Source of the DNA: a virus
Lineage: Duplodnaviria; Caudoviricetes
DNA length: 39,920 bases
Strand: one strand, 5' to 3'
Virus record (IMG/VR): IMGVR_UViG_3300038797_000052
Span: 1-39,920 of that record
Under the pieces are notes generated by a model. It worked only from the letters and a program-made list of their open reading frames with translations, did not search any database and was not told the DNA's origin. A program made the position numbers and the translations under genes. Below are positions 1 to 7,760 of this stretch, piece after piece. Within the stretch, counting starts at the first letter, position 1, and each line of letters starts with the position of its first letter.

Positions 1-409
1 CGTCGCCCAACACCGCTGCGATCAGGTTATCGCGGCGTTCATCCAGCAGCGCCTCGTCACTGACCGTCCCCGGCGTGATGATCCGTACGACCTGGCGCTC
101 CACCGGGCCTTTGCTGGTGGCCGGGTCGCCGACCTGCTCACATATCACCACCGACTCGCCGAGCTTGACCAGTTTTGCCAGGTACCCTTCCGCCGCGTGG
201 TAAGGAATCCCACACATCGGAATCGCCTGACCCGCCGACTGCCCGCGCGCAGTCAGGGTGATGTCCAGCAACTTGGCGGCTTTCTTCGCATCTTCGTAGA
301 AGATTTCGTAGAAATCGCCCATGCGATAGAACATCAGCTGGTCCGGGTGCTGATTCTTCAGGCGCCAGTATTGCTGCATCATCGGAGTGTGGCTGGAAAG
401 GTCGGACAT
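1..409 (-). CDS. mutS: DNA mismatch repair protein MutS, N-terminal part (runs off the window edge)
   Basis: Manual translation from ATG at 409 gives [92 protein letters not shown]..., with the MutS GDFYE mismatch-recognition motif. Host-like high-GC codons. Confidence 0.98.
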   Translation of the reverse strand, partial: MSDLSSHTPMMQQYWRLKNQHPDQLMFYRMGDFYEIFYEDAKKAAKLLDITLTARGQSAGQAIPMCGIPYHAAEGYLAKLVKLGESVVICEQVGDPATSKGPVERQVVRIITPGTVSDEALLDERRDNLIAAVLGD

Positions 410-433
410 TCAAGGCCTTACAACGTGGTTGTC

Positions 434-460
434 TATTAGACGAGTCAGGATTGTCTAATA
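434..460. other. Putative attL / integrase-binding inverted repeat TATTAGAC-N11-GTCTAATA
   Basis: Perfect 8-bp inverted repeat (434-441 and 453-460) at the host/phage junction, on the 3' side of the integrase. The attR copy is not in the window. Confidence 0.5.
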
Positions 461-637
461 TTCTTGCTCGCGGCGCCACCTGCGGTGGCTACGGCCATGC
501 CATGCCGATACATGAAACTTTTACTCGCGAAGTGACATCAGTGGTAAATGCGGACTATATTTCGCATATTTACCCATTCTCCAAAGGGCAACGTACCCGG
601 GGTGGTGGGGGCACAGTTTTTAGGACGGAGCTTCAAT

Positions 638-1384
638 ATGAGTTTGCCCGATATCAAGGAATGGCACGTAGAAACGTTAAGGCTGACCGTATTTAGCATT
701 GAGCCGATCACTGGAGTGGGTCGTGATTGGTGGAAACAGGCCACGAAATTTGATCCTGAGACTTCGGTCAATCGGCCCAGTGCAGGCGAGTATTTCGAGT
801 CTGGTGAGTTTCTTGGTGGTCAATTTGAACTGAAGACTACTTTTAATCGAGTGGATTGGAGTCTTTCGTTTCCTTTTACTGATTTGCCCGGTGCGCCTAA
901 GCCCGAAGATATACACGCTTTAACATTCAAGTGGCTAATGGCTTTCAAAGCGTGGCTTACAAATTTGGATTTTAATTTGGCAAGGATTGCCGCTGGAGCT
1001 ATTTTCATAAAAAAAGTTCCAGATGTTTCGGCAGGCAATCATCTTATAAGTGACTATTTGCATTTCGTGAATGTCAATGATGGTTGCGAGTTAGCTGATT
1101 TGATGATTCAGGTTAATAGTCCTGCGGTATTTAAGGCCGTAGAGGGGATGCGTCATAACCGGATCGTCAAGTTGGGCGTGTTAGAGCGGCAAATGATTAC
1201 GATCGGGCCGGCAGGCTTTCCAAGTGCGATATCTGATACCGTGCTGCGCTGTGAATTTGATATGAGTTCGCCTCTCAGTTATCAGCGTGCGATATGTGGG
1301 AATGAATCTTACGAATTATTTAGTGAGATGGTTGACTCGTACCTTTCAATACTCAAGGATGGGATAATTGATGAACAGACTTAG
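638..1384 (+). CDS. Uncharacterised cargo protein A (248 aa; alpha/beta pattern loosely resembling TIGR04255-type proteins)
   Basis: AT-rich ORF. GGAG at 627-630 precedes ATG 638 (ORF track starts at 548). Family resemblance is tentative. Confidence 0.8.
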   Translation: MSLPDIKEWHVETLRLTVFSIEPITGVGRDWWKQATKFDPETSVNRPSAGEYFESGEFLGGQFELKTTFNRVDWSLSFPFTDLPGAPKPEDIHALTFKWLMAFKAWLTNLDFNLARIAAGAIFIKKVPDVSAGNHLISDYLHFVNVNDGCELADLMIQVNSPAVFKAVEGMRHNRIVKLGVLERQMITIGPAGFPSAISDTVLRCEFDMSSPLSYQRAICGNESYELFSEMVDSYLSILKDGIIDEQT

Positions 1385-1931
1385 TGATTTTTCTGAAGTA
1401 TATTTTACTTCTACTGAGGCAAGTACCGGTGAGTGGTTCTCTGCTGTTTCGAGTGCTGTGTGTACAAAGTTCGAGGTGTTGTTTGAGGCGCCAGTATGTA
1501 ATGACTATCTTTCAAATTTAAGTGTTTTAACCCATGCGTTCGCAGATGCTGGAAAGCGTAGTGTTAGGTTGAGCAATAACAATACGATTTTTTCTGATTG
1601 GGATCGCTTAGAGGACTCCCTCGCAGATTATAGCTCTGCTCGGGATCTACTCTATCATTGGGAAAAGCATGCTAAGGGGCGTTTCGCTTCAGTGTTTATC
1701 GTGTATTTCGTGGAAAAAAATTTCTCGAGGATGAACTTGGATGTGATTAACTCCCTCCTTCTTACTGCGTCTCCGCACCGCCTCACTGAATGGTCTATGG
1801 TAGCGCTGCTTAGAGCGTCATACTCGGCGAAACATTTGCTGCCTGGATGGGTGGTGTTTTTTGAAGGCGTTAAAAAAGAACTCAAGGATAACGAGCGGGC
1901 TCCCAAGTTGCTTGCGGGACTTGATTTGTAG
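1371..1931 (+). CDS. Uncharacterised cargo protein B (186 aa, helical C-terminal domain)
   Basis: Overlaps the end of gene A by 14 nt; purine-rich RBS before ATG 1371; AT-rich. Confidence 0.78.
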   Translation: MNRLSDFSEVYFTSTEASTGEWFSAVSSAVCTKFEVLFEAPVCNDYLSNLSVLTHAFADAGKRSVRLSNNNTIFSDWDRLEDSLADYSSARDLLYHWEKHAKGRFASVFIVYFVEKNFSRMNLDVINSLLLTASPHRLTEWSMVALLRASYSAKHLLPGWVVFFEGVKKELKDNERAPKLLAGLDL

Positions 1932-1959
1932 TTCGTCGAAGTTGTTGGCAGGGAATCGC

Positions 1960-2625
1960 ATGAAGATAGAGTTGAAAAGGTATGATGTTGAGTTGCCGGA
2001 TAACGTGAATCTTGCGCTAGTGATCACGGGTGATACTAGCGAAGGCGGACAGCGGCACACTGGGTTTGTAGTGAAGGATTTTTTTGGTGATGTCTGGCTT
2101 TTTCACCTCGCTTCAAACAATTTATATATTAAAAGCATGTTCACCTCGCGCTACCACTATCTTCTCGTTCCCTCGCTTGAACCTGAGACTGAGCTAGTTA
2201 TAATTTCATTTCTCGCTGTTCTGTATGGCGTTACCGAGGGTAAAGTACCTTACTCGATTGGCTGGGATGAGAAGCAATACTTCGACTCCGAGGGAGGATT
2301 GGTCTTAGGTGATCCGGGAGATGGATTTACATGCGCAACTTTTGTTCTAGAGTCTTTCAAGCGATACGGAATGGATATGGTGGCGCGCGAAACCTGGCCG
2401 TTATCTGCAGAGGATTCTGTTTGGCAGGATAAAATTATAAGACTGGTAGATTTGAGCCCCGAGCAATTCTTAGCACAGGTTGAAAAAGTGGGTAAGTACC
2501 CTCGTTTTCATCCGGAACAAGCCTTGGGGGCGGCCCACCATTTCACCAATTTTCGCCTTCCATACTCCATTGTTCGTCCGGCCGGAGAGGAGGTTGTTGC
2601 AGAAATGGCCAGATTGAGGGCTTAG
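1960..2625 (+). CDS. Cargo protein C: putative permuted papain-like (NlpC/P60, YiiX/LRAT-type) enzyme, 221 aa
   Basis: Motif order QRHTG ... FHLA ... VPYS ... GFTCATFV places His before Cys. AGGGA RBS before ATG 1960. Confidence 0.7.
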   Translation: MKIELKRYDVELPDNVNLALVITGDTSEGGQRHTGFVVKDFFGDVWLFHLASNNLYIKSMFTSRYHYLLVPSLEPETELVIISFLAVLYGVTEGKVPYSIGWDEKQYFDSEGGLVLGDPGDGFTCATFVLESFKRYGMDMVARETWPLSAEDSVWQDKIIRLVDLSPEQFLAQVEKVGKYPRFHPEQALGAAHHFTNFRLPYSIVRPAGEEVVAEMARLRA

Positions 2626-3620
2626 TTTTCGAAGTTCTTCAGATGTGTTAAGTCTGGGGGCACGCCGATGCGCATCTTACGTAATCTAAGGTAGCGTTGG
2701 GTCATCTTCGCGTCCGTGTGCCCCCCAAGTTTCTGAGCGTCGTTCCCCTGATCGTCGGTGTCAGAAAGAGACTTCGCTCTCAGATCGTGAAGGCTAGCGT
2801 CTTCTACGCCGGCCTTCCTGCAGCTGATCGCGAAGGCATCTTTCACCGAGCTGTAGTGAACTGGCTTACCGCCGCGCGGAGAGCAGAACAACGTGAGCCC
2901 TCGAATCTTCCGAGGCAACGCCTTCACCCGGGTGATCAGCTCCTCCAGATCGGGCGTCATTTGCACCAGCAGCCTGGCGTTCGTCTTCTCTTGCTTGAAG
3001 GCGATACCCTCGGCGCTGATATCCGCCAAGCGTATGGCCAAGACGTCACCAATGCGCTGACCGGTCAGGTAGCACATTTCGTATATCACTCGCATGTTGT
3101 CGCTGGAGTTGGCGCAGATTGCTTGGAATTCACCGTGGGTGATATAGCGATCGCGCTTGTGTTCTAGGTGGCGCCGGACGCCGATGCATGGATTAGAGTC
3201 GACGATCTGCTGCTCTAGCGCGAAGGTGAAGACCGCGCGCAACACCGAGATAACTCTATTCGACATGTTTGGCGTATCCGCCATGTGCATCTTGAGCGCG
3301 ACGACGTGCCGTTGCAGGACCTCACGGGGTTCGAAGTCAGCGAAGGTTTCCTTCAGACGGTCGCATGCGGCCTCGTACTGCTTGAGGGTGTTGGGCTTGA
3401 GGGGCGGCTTCGTTCTTGTGCGCATATGCTCGAGAGCATCGTCGATCAGCTTGGGCATCCCGCCTTGGCTGCCCTTGTCCAACAGCTTTGCGTACTCGGC
3501 CAGCGATGCCTGAAAGTCGGTGCCCAGACGCAACCACTTCCCCTTGCGTACCAGGTAATAAGCACCATGCTTTTGGTACATACACGCCGGCAGGTGCCGG
3601 TCCTTCTTGCGCGGACGCAT
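2622..3620 (-). CDS. int: Phage tyrosine integrase
   Basis: Catalytic motifs TGQRIGD (R), KQEKT (K), LHDLRAK (HxxR), LGGHT (H), TQRY (Y). Confidence 0.97.
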   Translation of the reverse strand: MRPRKKDRHLPACMYQKHGAYYLVRKGKWLRLGTDFQASLAEYAKLLDKGSQGGMPKLIDDALEHMRTRTKPPLKPNTLKQYEAACDRLKETFADFEPREVLQRHVVALKMHMADTPNMSNRVISVLRAVFTFALEQQIVDSNPCIGVRRHLEHKRDRYITHGEFQAICANSSDNMRVIYEMCYLTGQRIGDVLAIRLADISAEGIAFKQEKTNARLLVQMTPDLEELITRVKALPRKIRGLTLFCSPRGGKPVHYSSVKDAFAISCRKAGVEDASLHDLRAKSLSDTDDQGNDAQKLGGHTDAKMTQRYLRLRKMRIGVPPDLTHLKNFEN

Positions 3621-3631
3621 TGATTTTCACC

Positions 3632-3826
3632 TCAACCCAGCCGAAGCTCCGGCCCCTTCCTTGATTGAATACCACCCAGCCGCCCAATGACAACTTGGCG
3701 CAGTACTTTCGGGTGACCGTCACCTCCTACCGCGAATCCGTATCGTTCGGCGGTCAGCCACTTTATTTGTGCCCCTGGCTTTTTGTAGCCAGTCAGGTCG
3801 GCAACTTCCTCTGCTGTCAGAAACAT
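3632..3826 (-). CDS. DUF4224-family putative excisionase
   Basis: 64 aa MFLTAEEVADLTGYKKPGAQIKWL...; directly upstream of int; AGGAGGT RBS. Confidence 0.85.
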   Translation of the reverse strand: MFLTAEEVADLTGYKKPGAQIKWLTAERYGFAVGGDGHPKVLRQVVIGRLGGIQSRKGPELRLG

Positions 3827-3862
3827 ACCTACCTCCTTTTTAATTGTGACGCAGGGTCACGT

Positions 3863-4639
3863 TTAAATTCCGTGTCGCGACACGTTTTCGTTATTCGCTG
3901 TTGGTGTCGCAGCCTCTTCCCAATCCCAGCTCAACTTCGGATCTGTTGGCGGGATAGTCTCGAGCGTGTGCAGATTCAGCAGCGTGAAGTGCCCATCCAT
4001 CCAACCGCCGGTGTCAATGTGGTAAACATTGCCGAGGACTGCCGGACGCCGAACCGGCGTGTGACCTACCACGACGGCGCGCACGTTCTTGACCCCTTGG
4101 CGGTTCTCGTTGGTGATCCGCTGGCGCGACCACTGACACATGGCTTCTACTTGCTGGCGACCATGGAGGCCTCGCTCAAGCTGGCTGCGCAGCGCGTCCC
4201 AATCGTCGAATGGTATGTCCGCGTGGACGACGCCTATCAGTCCAGCGGAGGTTTCCACCTCGATCACCAGCGGCAAGTCGGCCAGCAGTTCCGCATAGCA
4301 TCCGCGCTCGACGAAGGAACGGCCGTACAGCCACGCGCCTCCATTGATCAGGTGCATATCTCTCATCCGCCCGCCCGGATCTGCCCGGTATGCATCGACC
4401 ACCATCTGTTCATGGTTGCCGCGCACGGCGTGAAACCATGGCTTGGCGAGCCAAGTGTCGACCTCGGCAGACTCTGGCCCGCGGTCAACGAGATCGCCAA
4501 CGCTGAACAGGCGATCGATCTCAGGATTGAAGCCAGCAGCATCCAGCGCCTGTTGTAAGCGCGTGAAGTGGCCATGCACGTCGCCGACGGCGAAGTCCCT
4601 GCCGGTGGTGTTGATTCCAAAATTCTGCAATCCGCTCAT
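3863..4639 (-). CDS. Ser/Thr protein phosphatase (lambda NinI / PrpA-like metallophosphoesterase)
   Basis: Motifs GDVHG, GDLVDRG, RGNHE, VHA, GHT and IDTG. Confidence 0.93.
   Translation of the reverse strand: MSGLQNFGINTTGRDFAVGDVHGHFTRLQQALDAAGFNPEIDRLFSVGDLVDRGPESAEVDTWLAKPWFHAVRGNHEQMVVDAYRADPGGRMRDMHLINGGAWLYGRSFVERGCYAELLADLPLVIEVETSAGLIGVVHADIPFDDWDALRSQLERGLHGRQQVEAMCQWSRQRITNENRQGVKNVRAVVVGHTPVRRPAVLGNVYHIDTGGWMDGHFTLLNLHTLETIPPTDPKLSWDWEEAATPTANNENVSRHGI
3877..3910. repeat. Dyad element GCGACAC-N20-GTGTCGC, copy 1
   Basis: Same arms and spacing as 17213-17246; the two copies share the 14-mer GTCGCGACACGTTT. Confidence 0.75.
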
Positions 4640-5373
4640 GTGCGGACTCCTGCAATTGCTGCCAGCTCTGCCACCAGCGCATCGGTGCGCCCGTAGAACT
4701 TGCCGGCGTCTTCATTCACGAATCGCTCGATCACGCTGGCCACCGCCGCCGAGTTGGATAGCCCGCGCAGATCTGTGTATGCCTTTGGCGCATCTGTCGA
4801 TGGGGCGTGCACCAAGGCGCCGGCCTTGATTTGCAGCGTGCGCACCGGCCGAACGGCCTTTTCTTTGCTCGTCCAGTTTGTGTCCGGTGTGCACCAGGGC
4901 AGCATGTGGAGACACCAGGCACTGCCGGCGGATGACTTCTGCGTGCTCGACCAATATTCGCGTAGCGCGAAAGCCTGGGCTGGCCCGCCCGCACCATCTG
5001 CAGGCCAGTGCTTGCCCCACGGCTCGAGCTGTAGCAAGTTGGCTCGCATTACCTGCAGCTCCTCAATTGCCGGGATGTGCCAGCCCCGGTGCCCACGGAT
5101 CGACATGGTCAGCACCTTCTGCGCGATCGCGCTTCCGGCCTCGGCCATTGCCCGGGTGTTCGCCAAACCGTCGTGGTATGACTTGCTGCCGCGAACGCTC
5201 AGTCGCGGGCCAGTCCGGTCCCACCATTGCGCGGGCATTTCGAACCCGCGACCGGCGTCGATGAGCGCGTGCTCAGCGCCACCAAAGAACATGCGGCCGG
5301 CGAAGAAGCCGCCGGCGAATGGCTGGCCGATTGCGGGCAGTGCCGCTTGGGAAATTTCCAGACGCTTGGTCAT
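4636..5373 (-). CDS. DUF1566 (Lcl C-terminal-like) domain phage protein
   Basis: Motifs IGQPFAGGFFAG, DGLANTRAM, GWHIPAIEEL, YWSSTQ and VRPVR. Confidence 0.85.
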   Translation of the reverse strand: MTKRLEISQAALPAIGQPFAGGFFAGRMFFGGAEHALIDAGRGFEMPAQWWDRTGPRLSVRGSKSYHDGLANTRAMAEAGSAIAQKVLTMSIRGHRGWHIPAIEELQVMRANLLQLEPWGKHWPADGAGGPAQAFALREYWSSTQKSSAGSAWCLHMLPWCTPDTNWTSKEKAVRPVRTLQIKAGALVHAPSTDAPKAYTDLRGLSNSAAVASVIERFVNEDAGKFYGRTDALVAELAAIAGVRT

Positions 5374-5576
5374 TTACCCTCTCCCGACTCACCTACCGCG
5401 CGCAGCTTGAGCGAGATCCCGCAGGCGCCGGCCAACTTGGCCAGCTCGCTGACTGTGGTGCTGGGCTCTTGAAGGGCCTGGCCGAAACGAACGAGGCGGG
5501 CGCCCAGGCTTGCAAACTCGTTACCCGCGGTGACGCTCTCACGGTCGCGTTCCAGGAAACTGTTCGGGCTGTTCAT
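5370..5576 (-). CDS. Hypothetical phage protein (68 aa)
   Basis: 4-nt overlaps with both neighbours in the leftward operon. Confidence 0.7.
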   Translation of the reverse strand: MNSPNSFLERDRESVTAGNEFASLGARLVRFGQALQEPSTTVSELAKLAGACGISLKLRAVGESGEGK

Positions 5577-5857
5577 AGATTGAACCTCTCATCCTGTGGG
5601 AGCGGAGTGGCTACCGAAGGCTTTTTCTCAGTCACTGAACTGGCCTGAGACGCCCTGCCTGCCTCTTGCTCGGCTATGCCGTTCCGTGGGAGCGAACTAT
5701 CCGGCAAGCAGCTGATGCCGCCTTGATTGATGCTCGAGTAAATCCAGCAGGTTGCGCCGCGTTCCGCGTCGTGAAAGACACTGACGCCGTATGGCAAGCG
5801 CTCGGCGCTGGCTTGACCAGCGATCAGCAGTAGGGAGGCAATGATCATTCCGCGCAT
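5573..5857 (-). CDS. Hypothetical exported protein (signal peptide, CW...GGISC motif)
   Basis: Hydrophobic N-terminus ending in ASA; AGGAG RBS; coupled to neighbours. Confidence 0.7.
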   Translation of the reverse strand: MRGMIIASLLLIAGQASAERLPYGVSVFHDAERGATCWIYSSINQGGISCLPDSSLPRNGIAEQEAGRASQASSVTEKKPSVATPLPQDERFNL

Positions 5858-6258
5858 GGCGCGAACTCCTGCTCACCTGGGTTCTGGCGCATCGCGAGGT
5901 CGATCTCTGCGTCGAGATCTCGCTCCGTCAGCATGTTGCCCTGTCGATCTCGCGGCAGCAGATCCTGCCGAGGAGTGTTGAGCGCGACGTCGCGCAACCA
6001 TTCATAGCGACGAGCGTTCGCCACCATTCGCACGCGCTCATCAATGTGAAGAGAGGGGTGGGCAGCATTTGCAAGAGCATCGAGCAACAGCTGCTGGCGC
6101 TTCTGACCATCTGTGTACTGTCGAACAGCCTGAACGAATACGGCATTCATGCTGCGATCACTGCCGTTGGCAATTGCCTCGATCTCAGCGCGCAGTCCGT
6201 CTGGTAGGCGCGCAACAAATTTATCGGCTGTTCTTGAATCGAATTGTTTGATGCTCAT
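5845..6258 (-). CDS. Arc-family ribbon-helix-helix DNA-binding protein
   Basis: ADKFVARLPDGLRAEIEAIA...RSMNA signature; GGAG upstream of ATG 6258. Confidence 0.85.
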   Translation of the reverse strand: MSIKQFDSRTADKFVARLPDGLRAEIEAIANGSDRSMNAVFVQAVRQYTDGQKRQQLLLDALANAAHPSLHIDERVRMVANARRYEWLRDVALNTPRQDLLPRDRQGNMLTERDLDAEIDLAMRQNPGEQEFAPCAE

Positions 6259-6368
6259 GGATGAAAGCTCCTGCGATGATTTGTTTTCCAAACGTGGGAG
6301 TGGTGAAGCTTTTTTCAGGCCGAGCGAATCCCGGCCGCGGTGTTGGCTTTCGCGAAAATCAGGTTGGG

Positions 6369-6749
6369 TTAAGCGGTGAGGGCAACCTCGATGCGGCGCA
6401 CGGCCACGCGGGTTTCAATGCGGCGCTCGCCTGGGCGGCGGATGCGCCCAAACTGTTCGGTGTTAGCTTGCTGGGCAGTCATCACCAAGCACAGCAGGAC
6501 CACGAGGGGCGCGATGATCTGGCGCTTGAATGCCTCCAGCACAAGGCCGCGCATCGTCTTGACACCAAGCTTGAAGCGGGCGCTTTCAAGACGTTTTTCA
6601 GCGGTGGCTGGACTGATACTCATTGCACGACCAATTTGCTTCACCGTCATATCGGCAGCAGCCCACAGGGTGGCTTCAAGCTCCCGAGGAGCCAGGCCCA
6701 TCTTGAGGTTGCCCTGCCAGTTGCCGGCGGTCAGAGTGCTGGTGGTCAT
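6369..6749 (-). CDS. LuxR-type HTH phage regulator
   Basis: LAPRELEATLWAAADMTVKQIGRAMSISPATAEKRLESARFKLG; first gene after the leftward operators; GGAG RBS. Confidence 0.85.
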   Translation of the reverse strand: MTTSTLTAGNWQGNLKMGLAPRELEATLWAAADMTVKQIGRAMSISPATAEKRLESARFKLGVKTMRGLVLEAFKRQIIAPLVVLLCLVMTAQQANTEQFGRIRRPGERRIETRVAVRRIEVALTA

Positions 6750-6785
6750 TTCGTGAAGCTCCATGCTGGGTGCGATGGAGTAAAA

Positions 6786-6825
6786 ATTACCAAAGGTAAT
6801 TATTTATGTAAATACCTTCGGTAAT
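6786..6825. promoter_or_regulatory. OL operators (two sites) in the pL region
   Basis: ATTACCAAAGGTAAT (6786-6800) and AATACCTTCGGTAAT (6811-6825) match the OR sites. Confidence 0.8.
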
Positions 6826-6840
6826 ATTAATTTTTACTGG

Positions 6841-6875
6841 GCAAAAAACACCGCTCAACAGCGGCGGCTTTTTGC
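6841..6875. terminator. Putative bidirectional terminator downstream of cI
   Basis: A-tract, CCGCT/AGCGG stem, T-tract. Confidence 0.55.
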
Positions 6876-6877
6876 GA

Positions 6878-7654
6878 CTAGGGTCTGGATACCCTCACAC
6901 TCCCTCCGCGCCATACCACTCTTCCTATCAAGGGGAGATCGACGGCTGCTGAACTCGGGATCACCTCGTCGGGGAATAGCTGCTTGTCCTGGTTGTCGCA
7001 TCTGAGCGTCCAGTTTCCAGAAATTTGCTGCGCTACCCGCCTGACGCTAGTCCTGCCATCAGGCATGCGGACGAGATAGACCTCACCATCCTTTAGGGCC
7101 GGCTTGTACGTGTCAATCATGACCACGTCGCCGGACAAAATATGTGGGGCCATACTGTCGTCGCCGGCGTAAACGATGTTGAGACTGCTAAACGAAACTC
7201 CCATTTCTTGGAGCCAGCCGCGCCTGAACACCATGCCCTCGGTCAACCCGCGATGTTCGTCGTTCACGTTCGGAACGAAAGAGTTATCGTCTAAATACTG
7301 CGGTATCAGGACATATTGCTCGCGTGGGGGGGCATCAATGATGCGAGCGGCTTTAGCCCAGGTTGTTCGAAATGAGTCTGCGGTGACGCGCGACGACGCA
7401 ACCATCTCGATGATCGCCGCTAGACGCGGACTGAAGTCAGAAACCGGCACATCCAAAATTTTGGCGAATGCAGCCGCGATCTCGGTGTTCAGCGGATTCA
7501 CACCGTTCAGATAGTGAGAGACAGAGCTTTGGTTGATGCCGAGTTGCTCAGCCAGTTTTTCCTGAGTCAGCTTCAGCTGTTTCTTTTTGGCTGTGAAAAT
7601 TGCCTTCAAGCGTAGGCATTCTTCTTTGCGGTCAGCAGGTAATGGTTTTTTCAT
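6878..7654 (-). CDS. cI: CI-like repressor (XRE HTH plus S24-like domain with degenerate catalytic site)
   Basis: LTQEKLAEQLGINQSSVSHYLNG HTH; DSM and IGRVVWRGG in the S24 domain; divergent from cro. True start is likely ATG 7654, not 7972. Confidence 0.93.
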   Translation of the reverse strand: MKKPLPADRKEECLRLKAIFTAKKKQLKLTQEKLAEQLGINQSSVSHYLNGVNPLNTEIAAAFAKILDVPVSDFSPRLAAIIEMVASSRVTADSFRTTWAKAARIIDAPPREQYVLIPQYLDDNSFVPNVNDEHRGLTEGMVFRRGWLQEMGVSFSSLNIVYAGDDSMAPHILSGDVVMIDTYKPALKDGEVYLVRMPDGRTSVRRVAQQISGNWTLRCDNQDKQLFPDEVIPSSAAVDLPLIGRVVWRGGSVRVSRP

Positions 7655-7665
7655 CAGTCGATAAT

Positions 7666-7729
7666 ATTCCCATCGGTAATAGTTTAACAAATGCCAAAGG
7701 TATTGCTTTGTGAAAATGCCAAAGGTACT
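7666..7729. promoter_or_regulatory. OR operators (three sites) between cI and cro
   Basis: ATTCCCATCGGTAAT (7666), AATGCCAAAGGTATT (7690), AATGCCAAAGGTACT (7715), spaced 24-25 bp apart. Confidence 0.8.
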
Positions 7730-7760
7730 ATTTTGGCAAAGTTCTGTTTGGAGATTTGCT

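Noticed and set aside
138-479. ORF-track ORFs 138-479 (-) and 197-439 (+)
   Set aside because: Shadow frames of mutS, which is the real gene here.
3665-4558. 297-aa plus-strand ORF
   Set aside because: Antisense to the xis and phosphatase genes; no recognisable motifs.
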